Below are positions 1 to 10,112 of a stretch of 64,000 nt of DNA, piece after piece. Within the stretch, counting starts at the first letter, position 1. Every line of letters begins with the position of its first letter. Location of the stretch: positions 1 to 64,000 of the IMG/VR virus record IMGVR_UViG_3300001683_000016; one strand, given 5' to 3'. Source of the stretch: a virus. The notes beneath the pieces are model-generated. The model ran no database searches. It saw only the letters and a program-made list of their open reading frames with translations, and was not told where the DNA came from. A program made the position numbers and the translations under genes.

Positions 1-114
1 ATTGCTTGGTTCGATACTTGGCTTATTGATAACTCACTATCAATGAAAGAATACAACACATTAATGAATGATAAATACTCACCCTTTTGTAGTAGCATCG
101 GGGTGTGGAGTTGA
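1..114 (+). CDS. 3' end of a truncated CDS
   Basis: Frame 1 is open from position 1 (IAWFDTWLIDNSLSMKEY...GVWS) to TGA at 112-114, which overlaps the RBS of the next gene. Confidence 0.5.
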   Translation: MAWFDTWLIDNSLSMKEYNTLMNDKYSPFCSSIGVWS

Positions 115-118
115 TAAA

Positions 119-445
119 ATGGCACTAAAAATTGAATACAATACAAACTACGGTATAACCTGCGAAGATGCAATATGTGTAATTATAGACACACGATGTA
201 ATAAAGAAATACAAAAAGAAACGGATGAAAACGATGAAGAAGTAGTTACTAAAACATTTCCAATAGCCTACAATGGTAAAATATACGCATCACAAACCGC
301 TTATGATGATGCTGCTCCTATTGGTGGCTTCAATGGTCACTTTGAAATGACTGAATCTGCTGCTAAGACTCAGTACAATATAATCAAACAATGCTACCTT
401 GACTTAAAGACGCAAGATGGTTTTACAGACGGCGTAGATTGTTAA
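119..445 (+). CDS. hypothetical virion/tail-associated protein
   Basis: ORF 68..445; likely start ATG 119 after GGAGTTGA (MALKIEYNTNYG...); last gene of a plus-strand run that converges on the replication arm. Confidence 0.55.
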   Translation: MALKIEYNTNYGITCEDAICVIIDTRCNKEIQKETDENDEEVVTKTFPIAYNGKIYASQTAYDDAAPIGGFNGHFEMTESAAKTQYNIIKQCYLDLKTQDGFTDGVDC

Positions 446-502
446 TCTTCAATATCAACTGTGATAATTGAGTAAAGATACCTCATCCAAAAGGGCATGT
501 CG

Positions 503-784
503 TCATTCATTAGTCTGCCCCTGTAAATTCCTCGACATTTGCACACAATATCTTATTTTCTGTGTGCTGTGTAAAACCCAAAAAGAGTCTTGAGGCAAAT
601 CAAAAGTTTCCTCTACTCTCCGACATAAATCATATCGTGAACTAACCTTTAGGTCATCGTCAATAGGCACGCCGAGAACATTACTGACTTCTTCTTCAGT
701 ATATTTTACCCTTCTATCGAGCCATACATACGCGTTACCCATGATGCTCATAAGTTTGCGAGCGAGCCACGTGAATGCCGACAT
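503..784 (-). CDS. hypothetical protein
   Basis: 93-aa ORF collinear with the minus-strand operon. Confidence 0.6.
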   Translation of the reverse strand: MSAFTWLARKLMSIMGNAYVWLDRRVKYTEEEVSNVLGVPIDDDLKVSSRYDLCRRVEETFDLPQDSFWVLHSTQKIRYCVQMSRNLQGQTNE

Positions 785-819
785 GGTGTAAAAAATGCAC
801 CGCTTCTATATTGATGTTG

Positions 820-984
820 TTACTTAAAAACCGAATCTTGCCAAAAATGACCACATTCTTTACACTGCCATAATTGGATTCTTTTTGCAGTTTCGTTATG
901 AAAACGAGCAGATAGGCGATGAGGGATATGCTTGTGCTTACAATTACGGCACTCTACAATTAGCCTATCCATCAATCGTCCCAT
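820..984 (-). CDS. small Zn-ribbon protein (TFS/RpoM C-terminal-like); not in the ORF track
   Basis: Hand translation MGRLMDRLIVECRNCKHKHIPHRLSARFHNETAKRIQLWQCKECGHFWQDSVFK*; CxxC...CxxCGHxW; fills the gap after the thermosome gene. Confidence 0.65.
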   Translation of the reverse strand: MGRLMDRLIVECRNCKHKHIPHRLSARFHNETAKRIQLWQCKECGHFWQDSVFK

Positions 985-989
985 CTTTA

Positions 990-2489
990 TCAAGCGCCTT
1001 TCTTTGCTATCATATCATCAATCTTTAAGATTGCAGTAGTAACTTCTGTGGCACTCAAAATTGCTTGTTTAACTAAAGATGAAGGCTCGAATACTCCTAA
1101 GTCCCACATAGATGTAATTCCCCCATTTTCTAAGTCGGGGCCAGCGTGTAAGAAGCCTTGTTGTATCTCATGCCTTAGTGCTAATATACAGTCGAGTGGG
1201 TCTTGTCCACCGTTCTCTGCTATGGTAGCAGGTAGTATCTCTAAAGCGTCTGCAAATGCTTCGATAGCCATTTGACTCCTACCTTGGGTTGATGCCGCTT
1301 GTGAACGTAGGTGAGATGCCATTGCCGCATATGCACTACCCCCACCACTTACGAGTTTGTCACCATTCATACAAAGAGAGACTACCCCAAGAGCGTCATC
1401 AAATCCACGCTCTATTTCTTCTAGTGTAGTTATGGTTGCACCTCGTAGCACTAAAGTAGATTGGTCTGATTCAATAACACCATCTACAAATAGATAGTTT
1501 ACATCATAATGCCTTTGTCTACTTATCTTACCTATTGCAGCACATTCTATGTCAGAAGGTGTTTGTGCGATAGGTATACCAAGAGTAGAGGAAAGTGCCC
1601 TCATGGTACTCTCAGGTAATCTCCTAACCACGCTTATGTTATGTTTGTATAAAAACGCGCATACGTGGTCTAAAGCACCATCTCTTACGAACACTACACC
1701 ACCGTCGTCAGGCATTTGCTCTAAGATTAATTTTGCTTGTTCTAATAAATCATCATTAGCCGAACTCTTGAATTGAGTGTATCCTTGCATGTCTAGTTGT
1801 ACTTGTATATTTTCTTCAGTCTTTTGAGGCTCTAGCCCACTATTCAATAAAACGATGCTATGTTTTCCATCTATCTCTTTTTCAATAGTCAAGTCTTTAT
1901 TTACTATAGCGCCGTTAAATAAATACGAGTCTCTTAACCCGCCACCCGGTAGACTCATCACGCGTACCTTTTCTGCATCACCCGCTTTTTGTACAGATTG
2001 TACGCACAAAGATGCAACCGCATCAAGAGACGCGTCTACTGTTTTACCTGTTATTGCAGTACGTGCAATTGCTTCTAATAACTCATTGCTATCACAATCG
2101 TGACTAAGTGTATCTAGTAGATAGTCTATAGCCATGTTAGCGGCTTCATTGTAGCCTTTACATACCACATTAGGGTGTAATCCCTTATTCATCAATGCTT
2201 CACTATTAGATAATAATTCACCTGCTAATACAACAGCAGACGTAGTACCATCATAGCATAGCGCTTCTTGAGTTTGAGCACATTCTATTACCATTTTACC
2301 AGCAGGGTGAGAAACGTCTAGTTCGCGTAATATGGTAGCACCGTCGTTGGTTACTATGGTGTTTCCACCACCATCAACCATTAACTTATCACGGCCTAGT
2401 GGCCCTAGTGTAGTCTTGACTGTTCTTACTATCGTCTTTACAGCATCTATGTTATTTCTCAATGTTGTTTCACTATCTTTTTCAGTCAT
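990..2489 (-). CDS. ths: thermosome / group II chaperonin
   Basis: TLGPLGRDKLMVD, TNDGATIL, DGTT, LVLRG, GGG, FADALE, ATEVTTAILKIDD motifs. Confidence 0.96.
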   Translation of the reverse strand: MTEKDSETTLRNNIDAVKTIVRTVKTTLGPLGRDKLMVDGGGNTIVTNDGATILRELDVSHPAGKMVIECAQTQEALCYDGTTSAVVLAGELLSNSEALMNKGLHPNVVCKGYNEAANMAIDYLLDTLSHDCDSNELLEAIARTAITGKTVDASLDAVASLCVQSVQKAGDAEKVRVMSLPGGGLRDSYLFNGAIVNKDLTIEKEIDGKHSIVLLNSGLEPQKTEENIQVQLDMQGYTQFKSSANDDLLEQAKLILEQMPDDGGVVFVRDGALDHVCAFLYKHNISVVRRLPESTMRALSSTLGIPIAQTPSDIECAAIGKISRQRHYDVNYLFVDGVIESDQSTLVLRGATITTLEEIERGFDDALGVVSLCMNGDKLVSGGGSAYAAMASHLRSQAASTQGRSQMAIEAFADALEILPATIAENGGQDPLDCILALRHEIQQGFLHAGPDLENGGITSMWDLGVFEPSSLVKQAILSATEVTTAILKIDDMIAKKGA

Positions 2490-2692
2490 TCCTCTTCCTC
2501 CACTATATGAGGTGTGAATGGATATTGCACTTGTGACGCTAATCTATTCGCTACTCTTTGTATGTCGGCTAAATTATTACCTCTTTGTAACATACTAAAG
2601 AGCACGTCTAACGCCTTTTTCAATTTCCATATTTCTTCTTCTGTTGTATCATCCACTTTTATTTCTCCTTCTCTTGGGTTATATTCTACCAT
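2486..2692 (-). CDS. hypothetical protein
   Basis: 68-aa ORF overlapping both neighbours. Confidence 0.6.
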   Translation of the reverse strand: MVEYNPREGEIKVDDTTEEEIWKLKKALDVLFSMLQRGNNLADIQRVANRLASQVQYPFTPHIVEEEE

Positions 2693-3294
2693 TCTACTTC
2701 TACCTCCACTATGTCTCCGGTCTCAAAAGACCTTGACTTTAATACACCGTGTTCTTTACCGAACTGATATACGTCATATGTGAGTTGTGCATCTTTCACG
2801 CAATAGTCACACACCTCTTCAAATTTACCTGCTCTCCACCCTTTAGGTGCATCTTCGCTCTTCATACTCTTACTCTTTCCTAGAGTGTGTTGTACTAACG
2901 ATTGTAAGTTTGATTCTAATTTCCCATAAGACAACGATGCCTTTTGGAAAAGTAGTTTAGTATCAATAACATTATCGGCCTTTTGCATAATATCACCAAT
3001 AGCATAACAGTCTAAGGATTGCTTCAATACTGGGAAATCAAAACCTATGATGTTATGTCCTAGTATCTTGCCACCTTTTTGTACATGTGCGGTGATATGG
3101 TCTCCAAGCGCACGTGGGTGTAACTCGTGTGTGGTTACACCGTCTATCAACACATCTTCCTTGGTGAATATGTGTGCATCTGAGCCATCCCAAGTAGCGA
3201 CTACGGATACGTCGAATAACGCTTTGTTATTCCATCCGCCTATTTCCCATGAGTAATTACTCGTCTCTATATCTAATGCCATTATGTCCGTCAT
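2686..3294 (-). CDS. DEDD-family 3'-5' exonuclease (RNase H-like)
   Basis: ExoI DIET, ExoII HNIIGFD, ExoIII YCVKD. Confidence 0.85.
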   Translation of the reverse strand: MTDIMALDIETSNYSWEIGGWNNKALFDVSVVATWDGSDAHIFTKEDVLIDGVTTHELHPRALGDHITAHVQKGGKILGHNIIGFDFPVLKQSLDCYAIGDIMQKADNVIDTKLLFQKASLSYGKLESNLQSLVQHTLGKSKSMKSEDAPKGWRAGKFEEVCDYCVKDAQLTYDVYQFGKEHGVLKSRSFETGDIVEVEVEW

Positions 3295-3494
3295 TCTTTC
3301 ACCAACTTGTATTCCTTCTCAATGAGTGGTTGTCCGTGTATATTGTATGATTGAAGTTCATTCAAATGCGAGAGTAGTCCAACATAGTTCTGCACTATGG
3401 CGGGGTCATTCGTAATCGTCAATCCACGAAATATCTCCTGACGAATGTTTTGGCACATCTTTGCGATTTCTTCTTGGTGCTCCTTGTCTGTCAT
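3291..3494 (-). CDS. hypothetical protein
   Basis: ATGA-coupled short ORF. Confidence 0.55.
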   Translation of the reverse strand: MTDKEHQEEIAKMCQNIRQEIFRGLTITNDPAIVQNYVGLLSHLNELQSYNIHGQPLIEKEYKLVKE

Positions 3495-3694
3495 TCAAAC
3501 ACCTCAGTATAGTGCTTGAACACAACACCTTCGTCTGTACAACCACAGAAGTCCGGTTCTTCACATTGATATCCATCCCCATCCCAACACTTGGTTGTGC
3601 CTACTATTCCACTACCCCCGCAGATGTAGCAATCGCCATCATCATCCACCGGGTACACATTAGGTTCAAACTTTATCGTCATTTGAATCCACAC
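3491..3694 (-). CDS. small Cys-rich hypothetical protein
   Basis: CYICGGSG and CGCTDEG motifs. Confidence 0.5.
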   Translation of the reverse strand: MWIQMTIKFEPNVYPVDDDGDCYICGGSGIVGTTKCWDGDGYQCEEPDFCGCTDEGVVFKHYTEVFE

Positions 3695-3806
3695 TCCCCG
3701 AAATCACCACATGGACATCTCCATGTACCTCTATTGAGATTAGCGGAAGCATGACCCTTACATGAAGGGCATGGTATGGGCATAACCCACTCTTTGGGTT
3801 TCAGCA

Positions 3807-4001
3807 TCACGCCTCACCCCCGTAGCCCTTGCATCCCATCCTGTTCGGTCGGTGCTTCTTGGTAGTGACCTGCTTGCCGCATCTGCGGCATTCATAATCA
3901 CCAGCATTGGGGGCATCGGTATTACCAATCGTGCTGCACCACCATCGGTGTTCGCCCTCCGGCTGATTTCCTAAGTCGTAGTGGTAGGCGAAGGACATCA
4001 C
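3807..4001 (-). CDS. small Zn-finger hypothetical protein
   Basis: CRRCG motif, coupled to the upstream gene. Confidence 0.5.
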   Translation of the reverse strand: MMSFAYHYDLGNQPEGEHRWWCSTIGNTDAPNAGDYECRRCGKQVTTKKHRPNRMGCKGYGGEA

Positions 4002-4339
4002 TCATCACCTTCCACGCCTATCGTACCTGCTTCTACGTCGCAGTCCACATTACCATCTTCTATTGCTTCCCATTCTAGTTGCATATCGTGGAACTTCATC
4101 AGCACATCCCATGCCTTGTCGGTCTTGTCATGCTCCCAGTTGATTCGTTCTAGTTTCCAATAAGGCACGCGCTTTTCATTCATGCACCCTTCTACATACG
4201 TTGCGCCTTCAAGCGTCATTCTCAGATGAGTGATTAGTTCCATCAATTGCAATTCACTCAAACCTGAGTGCGGTAACACCACACCTGATGAGCCAATTAC
4301 ACCTCTCTCGCATTTCCATTCTTCTTCTTCATTTAACAA
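3998..4339 (-). CDS. hypothetical protein
   Basis: 113-aa acidic ORF in the operon. Confidence 0.55.
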   Translation of the reverse strand: MLNEEEEWKCERGVIGSSGVVLPHSGLSELQLMELITHLRMTLEGATYVEGCMNEKRVPYWKLERINWEHDKTDKAWDVLMKFHDMQLEWEAIEDGNVDCDVEAGTIGVEGDE

Positions 4340-4483
4340 TATACATCATCTCCTTCATATTCCTTTACAATAGCCTCGCGTTCTTCTTCTATACACGACA
4401 TACAAGGCTCACAATCATATTCACCATCAGCATTCTGAAAAAATACCGCGCCAGTACCTCTACATTCTAAACAGATTTTTATT

Positions 4484-5890
4484 TCATTTGACATCTTTCA
4501 CTTCCTCCTTTAGCCTTAGATACGCTATCGTACCATCTTTTGTGTTCTCGAACATTTTTGTTGCCCATTTTCCGAAGTGAGCATACGCTGTACCTCTAGT
4601 AACGCCCGTTTGCTTTCTGTAAACCTGTATTAGTTCTTGCTTCTTTATCCATTTGTCACCCTTGTTACCAAGTTCAAATGTTTCACATGTTTGCATAGAT
4701 ACAACCCATCTGTTTCTTTGTGTTATTCTTTCCGCAATTTTTGGTCCAATCTCCACTTCGCCTTCTAACCATGAGATTAAGTTACGGAATAAATCGAACA
4801 ATATTTCTGTTGCCATAGAAACGTGTTCTCCCGTAATCACCCATTTTTCATCTAACATAGCGAGGTGTGATGCAATAATTACTGTGTAATTTTCCATTGC
4901 AGGTATAAAAGACGCAACTACGTCGCTAATACCCGGTCCTAAACCATGCATTAGTTCATAGTATTCGTCTATTGCTTGAGCAAAAGCAGTATAGAATGTA
5001 TCTTCATCTGCCGTAAACATCTGTGTCATACTGTCTTGTAGCAATGTCTCTTGTTCATCTCTAGACATAGAATCCCATTCCACAAAAGATGTCTCGGTTA
5101 CATCTAATACTTTATCTCTTAATCTCTTCTCTAATTCGGTGAAGTAACTTACAATATTCTCGTATGTAATTTTCATTTTAGGCTTCTTTTTCAATGCTGA
5201 CTCTGAACGTATTAAACTTACATTTTTTCTTCTCTTCATATCCCAGTGCGACCAATACAGGAGCACTCTTTGAAAGATGCCCTTTGTTAATACGTATTCT
5301 TTCACTCCGGCAGGTGGATATGTTGTTATCCATAAAGACACCATCGACTCTATCTCTGCTCTACCACCCCTTTGTTGGAGAACTAACTTGTTGTTATTGC
5401 TCCCTACTGGGTTACAAGAAGATTGGAGATACAAAACGGTCTGCTGACTGTGTGTGCTAGGGTTGAGTATGATTGAACCTTCATCGAAGTTTAATGCTTT
5501 ACGACCTGATAGTAAACCTTCCTTGTGTATGTAATTCTCTTGACCGTTTTCATCTTTTTCTATGTGGAATGAGCCTAATAATCCAGCATCAGTACCTGAT
5601 GTATACATGTCAGATGGAACGTTTATGTCATCTAGTATGTCACCAACGAACTCCCATGCAATGCTCTTCCCTGTTCTACTCGATTGTATCCAAAACGAAT
5701 GTACTCTAGGGTCTAGGTGACTTGCGCCCCACGGTAATCTCACATAAGGGACTGCCAATTGTCCCTGTATGAAGAAAAACGACAACATTGCAGGTATGTC
5801 GTTATCTATAGATACGTTACCAAAATGCTTGATGTAACCATCAAATATCTCAAATTTCTTTATTGCCTCATATTCATTTGCTTGTTTCAT
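4484..5890 (-). CDS. divergent AAA+ ATPase, probable MCM-like replicative helicase
   Basis: Walker A SSRTGKS, SGTDAGLLG (MCM-like), Walker B LNFDE, GIFQR arginine-finger-like; replication context. Confidence 0.65.
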   Translation of the reverse strand: MKQANEYEAIKKFEIFDGYIKHFGNVSIDNDIPAMLSFFFIQGQLAVPYVRLPWGASHLDPRVHSFWIQSSRTGKSIAWEFVGDILDDINVPSDMYTSGTDAGLLGSFHIEKDENGQENYIHKEGLLSGRKALNFDEGSIILNPSTHSQQTVLYLQSSCNPVGSNNNKLVLQQRGGRAEIESMVSLWITTYPPAGVKEYVLTKGIFQRVLLYWSHWDMKRRKNVSLIRSESALKKKPKMKITYENIVSYFTELEKRLRDKVLDVTETSFVEWDSMSRDEQETLLQDSMTQMFTADEDTFYTAFAQAIDEYYELMHGLGPGISDVVASFIPAMENYTVIIASHLAMLDEKWVITGEHVSMATEILFDLFRNLISWLEGEVEIGPKIAERITQRNRWVVSMQTCETFELGNKGDKWIKKQELIQVYRKQTGVTRGTAYAHFGKWATKMFENTKDGTIAYLRLKEEVKDVK

Positions 5891-5915
5891 TTTTTCTTCT
5901 CTCCTTTCCTACCCT

Positions 5916-5987
5916 TCCGAGTATTCCTAATGTCCGTCTATACTAAGGTACATAATAGTAACTATGTATAGACAATACATCGGAATA
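5916..5987. repeat. palindromic element, copy 1 of 3
   Basis: TATTCC..ATGT..GTCTATAC (5936-43) pairs with GTATAGAC (5966-73)..ACAT..GGAATA; aligns with 55068-55135. Confidence 0.7.
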
Positions 5988-5995
5988 ACTGACAT

Positions 5996-6020
5996 TTCAT
6001 TCTTTGTTTAAGTAGTCAAT
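5996..6020 (-). promoter_or_regulatory. conserved early/middle promoter motif
   Basis: ATTGACTACTTAAACAAAGAATGAA on the minus strand, upstream of the helicase. Confidence 0.8.
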
Positions 6021-6697
6021 CATCGAAATACCGTCCGTTCAATATGAATCGCATCTTCGCTGGTCAACACTTCTGCAATTTTCTTTGCAGTTTTTCCTCC
6101 TAATCCTTTTACTTTCTTCAGGGAATCCTCATACATCATTTCTTCAATGGAGCCGCAAGTTTTCAATAATCTCTCAGCCATAATATTACCTACACCGGGT
6201 ATTGTGAGTAACACATCTTTACGCACATCGTTAGTGCTAACTCTGCGAATTGCTTGTGCACCATGTAATGATGCTGGCTTGTGTAGTTTGTTATGCAGTT
6301 TAACGACGAATAGAGCCGCTTCACTTACATTAGGGGTAAAGATTACCTGACAGTCAAAATCGGCCATTATACGGGCTATTAAACCCATGAATTTATTTTG
6401 TGTCCTACTATACGAAGTCTTAACCATTTTTACATATTGAGATATACTACCATGTATGAGTAAGAAGAAGCGTTCGTAGTTAGCATCCATATTATCTAAC
6501 TGCTTCCATAAGTGACCGCTATCACATGATTGGAGAAAATCACTAACAGACTTAGCCTCAACACACGCAGCACCTAGTAAGTAATCGCCTACTATTAACG
6601 GTTTTCTATCAACCCTCAATCCTTCTTTCTCGGCCTTACGAATGATTGATTCGCAAAGTTTACCTCTTTCGTTACTATCTATTATTAAATCAATCAT
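6020..6697 (-). CDS. xpf: XPF/ERCC4 endonuclease with HhH domain
   Basis: IIDSNE, VGDY, VEAKSVSDF, LLIHG and C-terminal IPGVG/VKGLG HhH pair. Confidence 0.9.
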   Translation of the reverse strand: MIDLIIDSNERGKLCESIIRKAEKEGLRVDRKPLIVGDYLLGAACVEAKSVSDFLQSCDSGHLWKQLDNMDANYERFFLLIHGSISQYVKMVKTSYSRTQNKFMGLIARIMADFDCQVIFTPNVSEAALFVVKLHNKLHKPASLHGAQAIRRVSTNDVRKDVLLTIPGVGNIMAERLLKTCGSIEEMMYEDSLKKVKGLGGKTAKKIAEVLTSEDAIHIERTVFR

Positions 6698-6926
6698 CTA
6701 TAATACTCCTCTTCGTTGAATGCATGGCACAATACTCACTACCATTTAATTTTCTCATTTTACATTTTCTTTTTTGATTCGTAAGAGATATACACTTATC
6801 TTCATCTTTGGGTTTGGAGTAACAAATGTGACAAAAATGTGTTATTTTACTTCCTCTTGAAGTATAATTTCTCGTTCCTAGTTTTCTTCCGCATTGTAAA
6901 CAATTTTCTATATATTTTTGTGTCAT
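6690..6926 (-). CDS. small Cys/His-rich protein
   Basis: CLQCG, CHIC, C...C...YCAMH. Confidence 0.6.
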   Translation of the reverse strand: MTQKYIENCLQCGRKLGTRNYTSRGSKITHFCHICYSKPKDEDKCISLTNQKRKCKMRKLNGSEYCAMHSTKRSIIDD

Positions 6927-8020
6927 AATAATTTATCCCCCGTTCCGTCATAGAATCTACATTTACCTGTGCATAATCCTTCTTCCATGAGCGTGCTACA
7001 TCTAGCATGTGCATAGCCTTTGTATACTATACTCTCAACTTGTACTGTCGTAACATCTTCATTATAATCAGCCCATCCTTGCTCTGAACATATCTGTACA
7101 ATTTGCTCTACGTGCTTTTCTAGTTCCTCTTCGGGAACTCTTTCAACAGGGAAGAACCATCTGAGTCTATCCGCTAGATAAGATGCTAGATGATATCTAG
7201 CCCTGTGAATAGGATTGCCTTCGCCTAGAGCCGCTTGCGCTAAACAAGGCAACACCTGTATTTTACCAAGAGAGACAGTTGGTAAATCTGCAACCTTCTT
7301 TTTATTTACTGCGAACACACCACCCCTTCTTTCAGGTAATGTGAGTTTAATTGGGATATTACCAAGTTGTAAATATCCGCCTCTTGGTTCTTGTGCTAAG
7401 TCTAAATAATCCTCATGTTCAAGAGTCATAATTTCTTCTGATGTAAGGGGTATAGACCAACACCCTCTTTTCATATTGTAAGAGTTAGGTATACGTATCA
7501 TACCCGCTAAGTCAAATGCTACGGTAGGGTCATTACATGATAAGTCCAAAGCATCGTGCCAATTCATCATAAGCATTTTACCAGCGCTCTTTAGTCTAGT
7601 TACTTCTAATCCATCTGTGGGTAGAAAAGTATCAGCAAAAGGAATCCATATATGAAAACCTCCGCCTGAAAAATACACATAGTGATGATAGTCGTTATCA
7701 AGTAAATGTCGATGCAGTCTTTTTACTTGACCATGCATGAAAGGAAAATCCACTCCAATACCTTTTTGTTTGAAGTCCTTACAATCGAAATCCATGACAA
7801 AGTGTCGTACTATCGCTGTGTTATATTCAGCCCTATGATGTCTAGGTGCTTGAGTACGTCTATATCCATAGGCTGTAAAATAAGCATTCCCTCTGCCGTT
7901 TTTACTTTCCCAATATTTTTCTAATTCATCCCAATTCTTGACAAGGTATCGACCGCCATGCCCGCCGTGAGCACTTAGTTCTAAGACTTCCCTAGGGAAA
8001 TCAAGAGGGATAAATGGCAC
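6923..8020 (-). CDS. archaeo-eukaryotic primase, PriS-PriL fusion
   Basis: MDFDC (DxD), SGGGFH, RIPNS; C-terminal PC...CSTL....LC...C Fe-S-like cysteines. Confidence 0.88.
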   Translation of the reverse strand: MPFIPLDFPREVLELSAHGGHGGRYLVKNWDELEKYWESKNGRGNAYFTAYGYRRTQAPRHHRAEYNTAIVRHFVMDFDCKDFKQKGIGVDFPFMHGQVKRLHRHLLDNDYHHYVYFSGGGFHIWIPFADTFLPTDGLEVTRLKSAGKMLMMNWHDALDLSCNDPTVAFDLAGMIRIPNSYNMKRGCWSIPLTSEEIMTLEHEDYLDLAQEPRGGYLQLGNIPIKLTLPERRGGVFAVNKKKVADLPTVSLGKIQVLPCLAQAALGEGNPIHRARYHLASYLADRLRWFFPVERVPEEELEKHVEQIVQICSEQGWADYNEDVTTVQVESIVYKGYAHARCSTLMEEGLCTGKCRFYDGTGDKLL

Positions 8021-8024
8021 GTAA

Positions 8025-8357
8025 TCACCCTAATTTATTTTTTATTGAATCATTATATATCGCTCGCGGAAATAACCATGAGTATATGTCTCCTTCTTTC
8101 GCTTCCCATTCTACTATTTCCTTTAGTTTATGTTTACTTATTGTAACAATAATAACAGGAAAGGATTGCACGCCGTCTTCTGTGGTATACGCCCTCAAAG
8201 TCATCTGTTCTCCCACATAAACTCTATATCTTTCATCCCCAATCATACCACATTCGACCTTTAACTCTAAGTCAGGTTTATCTATTAATTTCGTTAGGCT
8301 CGTCTTTATATCTCTTAATATCCGCTTGTGTTCATCACTCACTCTTTTAACTCTCAT
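8025..8357 (-). CDS. hypothetical protein
   Basis: 110-aa ORF in the operon. Confidence 0.6.
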   Translation of the reverse strand: MRVKRVSDEHKRILRDIKTSLTKLIDKPDLELKVECGMIGDERYRVYVGEQMTLRAYTTEDGVQSFPVIIVTISKHKLKEIVEWEAKEGDIYSWLFPRAIYNDSIKNKLG

Positions 8358-9368
8358 TTATTTGTCCTCCAATTTTATTTCTGTTTGACTGTCTATATTG
8401 TTGCCCCAAGCGGGGCATAGTTCCATGAAACTACACCATTGGCAACTAGATACTACGTTTCCTTGCCAGTCTGTGTAGTTAAACGGTTCAGGCTCAAAAG
8501 AGTCTGTTATGTGGGCTTTTACTAATTTTTTCAAATTATTTTGTACAGTCTTAGGTGCATACCTAGTTATCTTTGTACCTACTTCTTCTAATTCCCATTC
8601 GGCTTTTACTCCACCGTTTACCCAACCTCTAGGGAACTCCCAAGCCCAATGTGTAACGGGTAACCAGTCTGAAAACTCACCCTCATCTAACATTAATTTA
8701 TAGAACTGCATTTCTTCTCTCAACTTTTTAGCGGTCTTTTTTGGTTGCCACTTACCTGTCTTTAATTCCATTAAGACAAACCCTCCTTCCCCATCAGCGA
8801 AGATAGTATCTATGTACCCACGCAAGTGTACAGGGTAATCTACGCCATCCACATTAACATTAATCTTAGCATGAGCAGAAACCTCGTTACCCACCGCTGC
8901 CCAATTTACTCCTTTCGTTAATAAGAATCTATTCCATTGCCAATCAAACCATTGGCGTATAACTTCTTCTTCTCCTAGAAGATAAGACATAGGTGGTGTT
9001 GGTATTACACTATACATCAATTCTTTTGCTAGGATTAATTTATCATCTGCTATAAGCGTCAGGGTTTCATCAATCCGTGAAGGTGCTTCATCCCAAAAGT
9101 ATTCTACGATGTTATGTACATTAGTACCTCTTACCATATCATCAGTTTCTTCTTGCGAAAGTCTATACAGGTACTGCATTTTGTAAGAATAACCACACCA
9201 ACCGTGTGCATTAAGGGATGATTTACTGACTCTCAAATATTTATCCATACCCGGTTGCCATGCGTATGTGCTATTGTTATAGGACTCTAATAGTTCAGGA
9301 GTATGAGCCTCTGCCCCTCTATCTTGTAGACTCTCCTTGTTAGGATTAAACTTCATAAACTCGCTCAT
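8358..9368 (-). CDS. PD-(D/E)XK RecB/Cas4-like exonuclease
   Basis: SKSSL...C, RGTNVH, GYID, ELKTG, QFY, CQWC....C. Confidence 0.85.
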   Translation of the reverse strand: MSEFMKFNPNKESLQDRGAEAHTPELLESYNNSTYAWQPGMDKYLRVSKSSLNAHGWCGYSYKMQYLYRLSQEETDDMVRGTNVHNIVEYFWDEAPSRIDETLTLIADDKLILAKELMYSVIPTPPMSYLLGEEEVIRQWFDWQWNRFLLTKGVNWAAVGNEVSAHAKINVNVDGVDYPVHLRGYIDTIFADGEGGFVLMELKTGKWQPKKTAKKLREEMQFYKLMLDEGEFSDWLPVTHWAWEFPRGWVNGGVKAEWELEEVGTKITRYAPKTVQNNLKKLVKAHITDSFEPEPFNYTDWQGNVVSSCQWCSFMELCPAWGNNIDSQTEIKLEDK

Positions 9369-9479
9369 GATGAACATCCATCACATTTCAATTGAGATAA
9401 TTTACGACCACAAGCAGGACACACCGGATAACCTGATTCAATCATAGTTGATTTTAATCCTTGCCAGCCACAGAAACAT

Positions 9480-9674
9480 TCAGCAATCATTCTCTTCCTC
9501 CACCGTTATTACTTTTTCAATATAAACTAGAGCGTCCATTAGTTCCTCAGATAGATGTGTCATCCACTCTTTGAATGATAGGTCGCCTCTTTCCATTGTA
9601 ACACCATATTTTTTCTTTCCTACTTTCGTTCTCATCATAATTTTCTTGCACACGCTTTCTTCAATCTTACTCAT
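9480..9674 (-). CDS. small phage protein, possible MazG-like helical fold
   Basis: GKKKYGVTMER...EELMDALVY pattern. Confidence 0.5.
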   Translation of the reverse strand: MSKIEESVCKKIMMRTKVGKKKYGVTMERGDLSFKEWMTHLSEELMDALVYIEKVITVEEENDC

Positions 9675-10108
9675 TATACTTCACCTCTACATTTGATACA
9701 GGAGGCGCAATCCTCTTCGGCTGTCCATAGGTCATCCCAAGTAACATAATCCGATTGGTCATCACATCCAACACAGAAGGCATATTCTTCATAACTTGCC
9801 CAATCGTTGTGTGTTTGGTGCGTCTTTCCGACCAACCCCCACTTACGGTTTTCTTCGTTATCTACGAACTTTTTCGTGCAACCCGGAGAGCCAGTATTCC
9901 TGTAAGTTTTCCAGTCTTCAAAGACAGTCCTTTTGGTTACATTATCCCAGTTTATTTTTCTACCTTCTTGTCTTGATAAGTCTATTTCTACGCCTACGCA
10001 ATGTTGACATGCCGCACACGGACTATACTTATTGATACATTCAGGTCCGACACCTCGTTTGACGCTTTTTTCTGCGGTTAATTTAGCATTACAATATTTA
10101 CATTTCAT
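9674..10108 (-). CDS. Zn-finger protein (DUF6011-like N-terminus)
   Basis: CxxCxxxLTxxxSxxRGxGPxC. Confidence 0.6.
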   Translation of the reverse strand: MKCKYCNAKLTAEKSVKRGVGPECINKYSPCAACQHCVGVEIDLSRQEGRKINWDNVTKRTVFEDWKTYRNTGSPGCTKKFVDNEENRKWGLVGKTHQTHNDWASYEEYAFCVGCDDQSDYVTWDDLWTAEEDCASCIKCRGEV

Positions 10109-10112
10109 TTTA

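Noticed and set aside
8358-9368. Cas4-like nuclease as evidence of CRISPR-Cas
   Set aside because: Solo PD-(D/E)XK exonuclease in a replication operon, which is common in archaeal viruses
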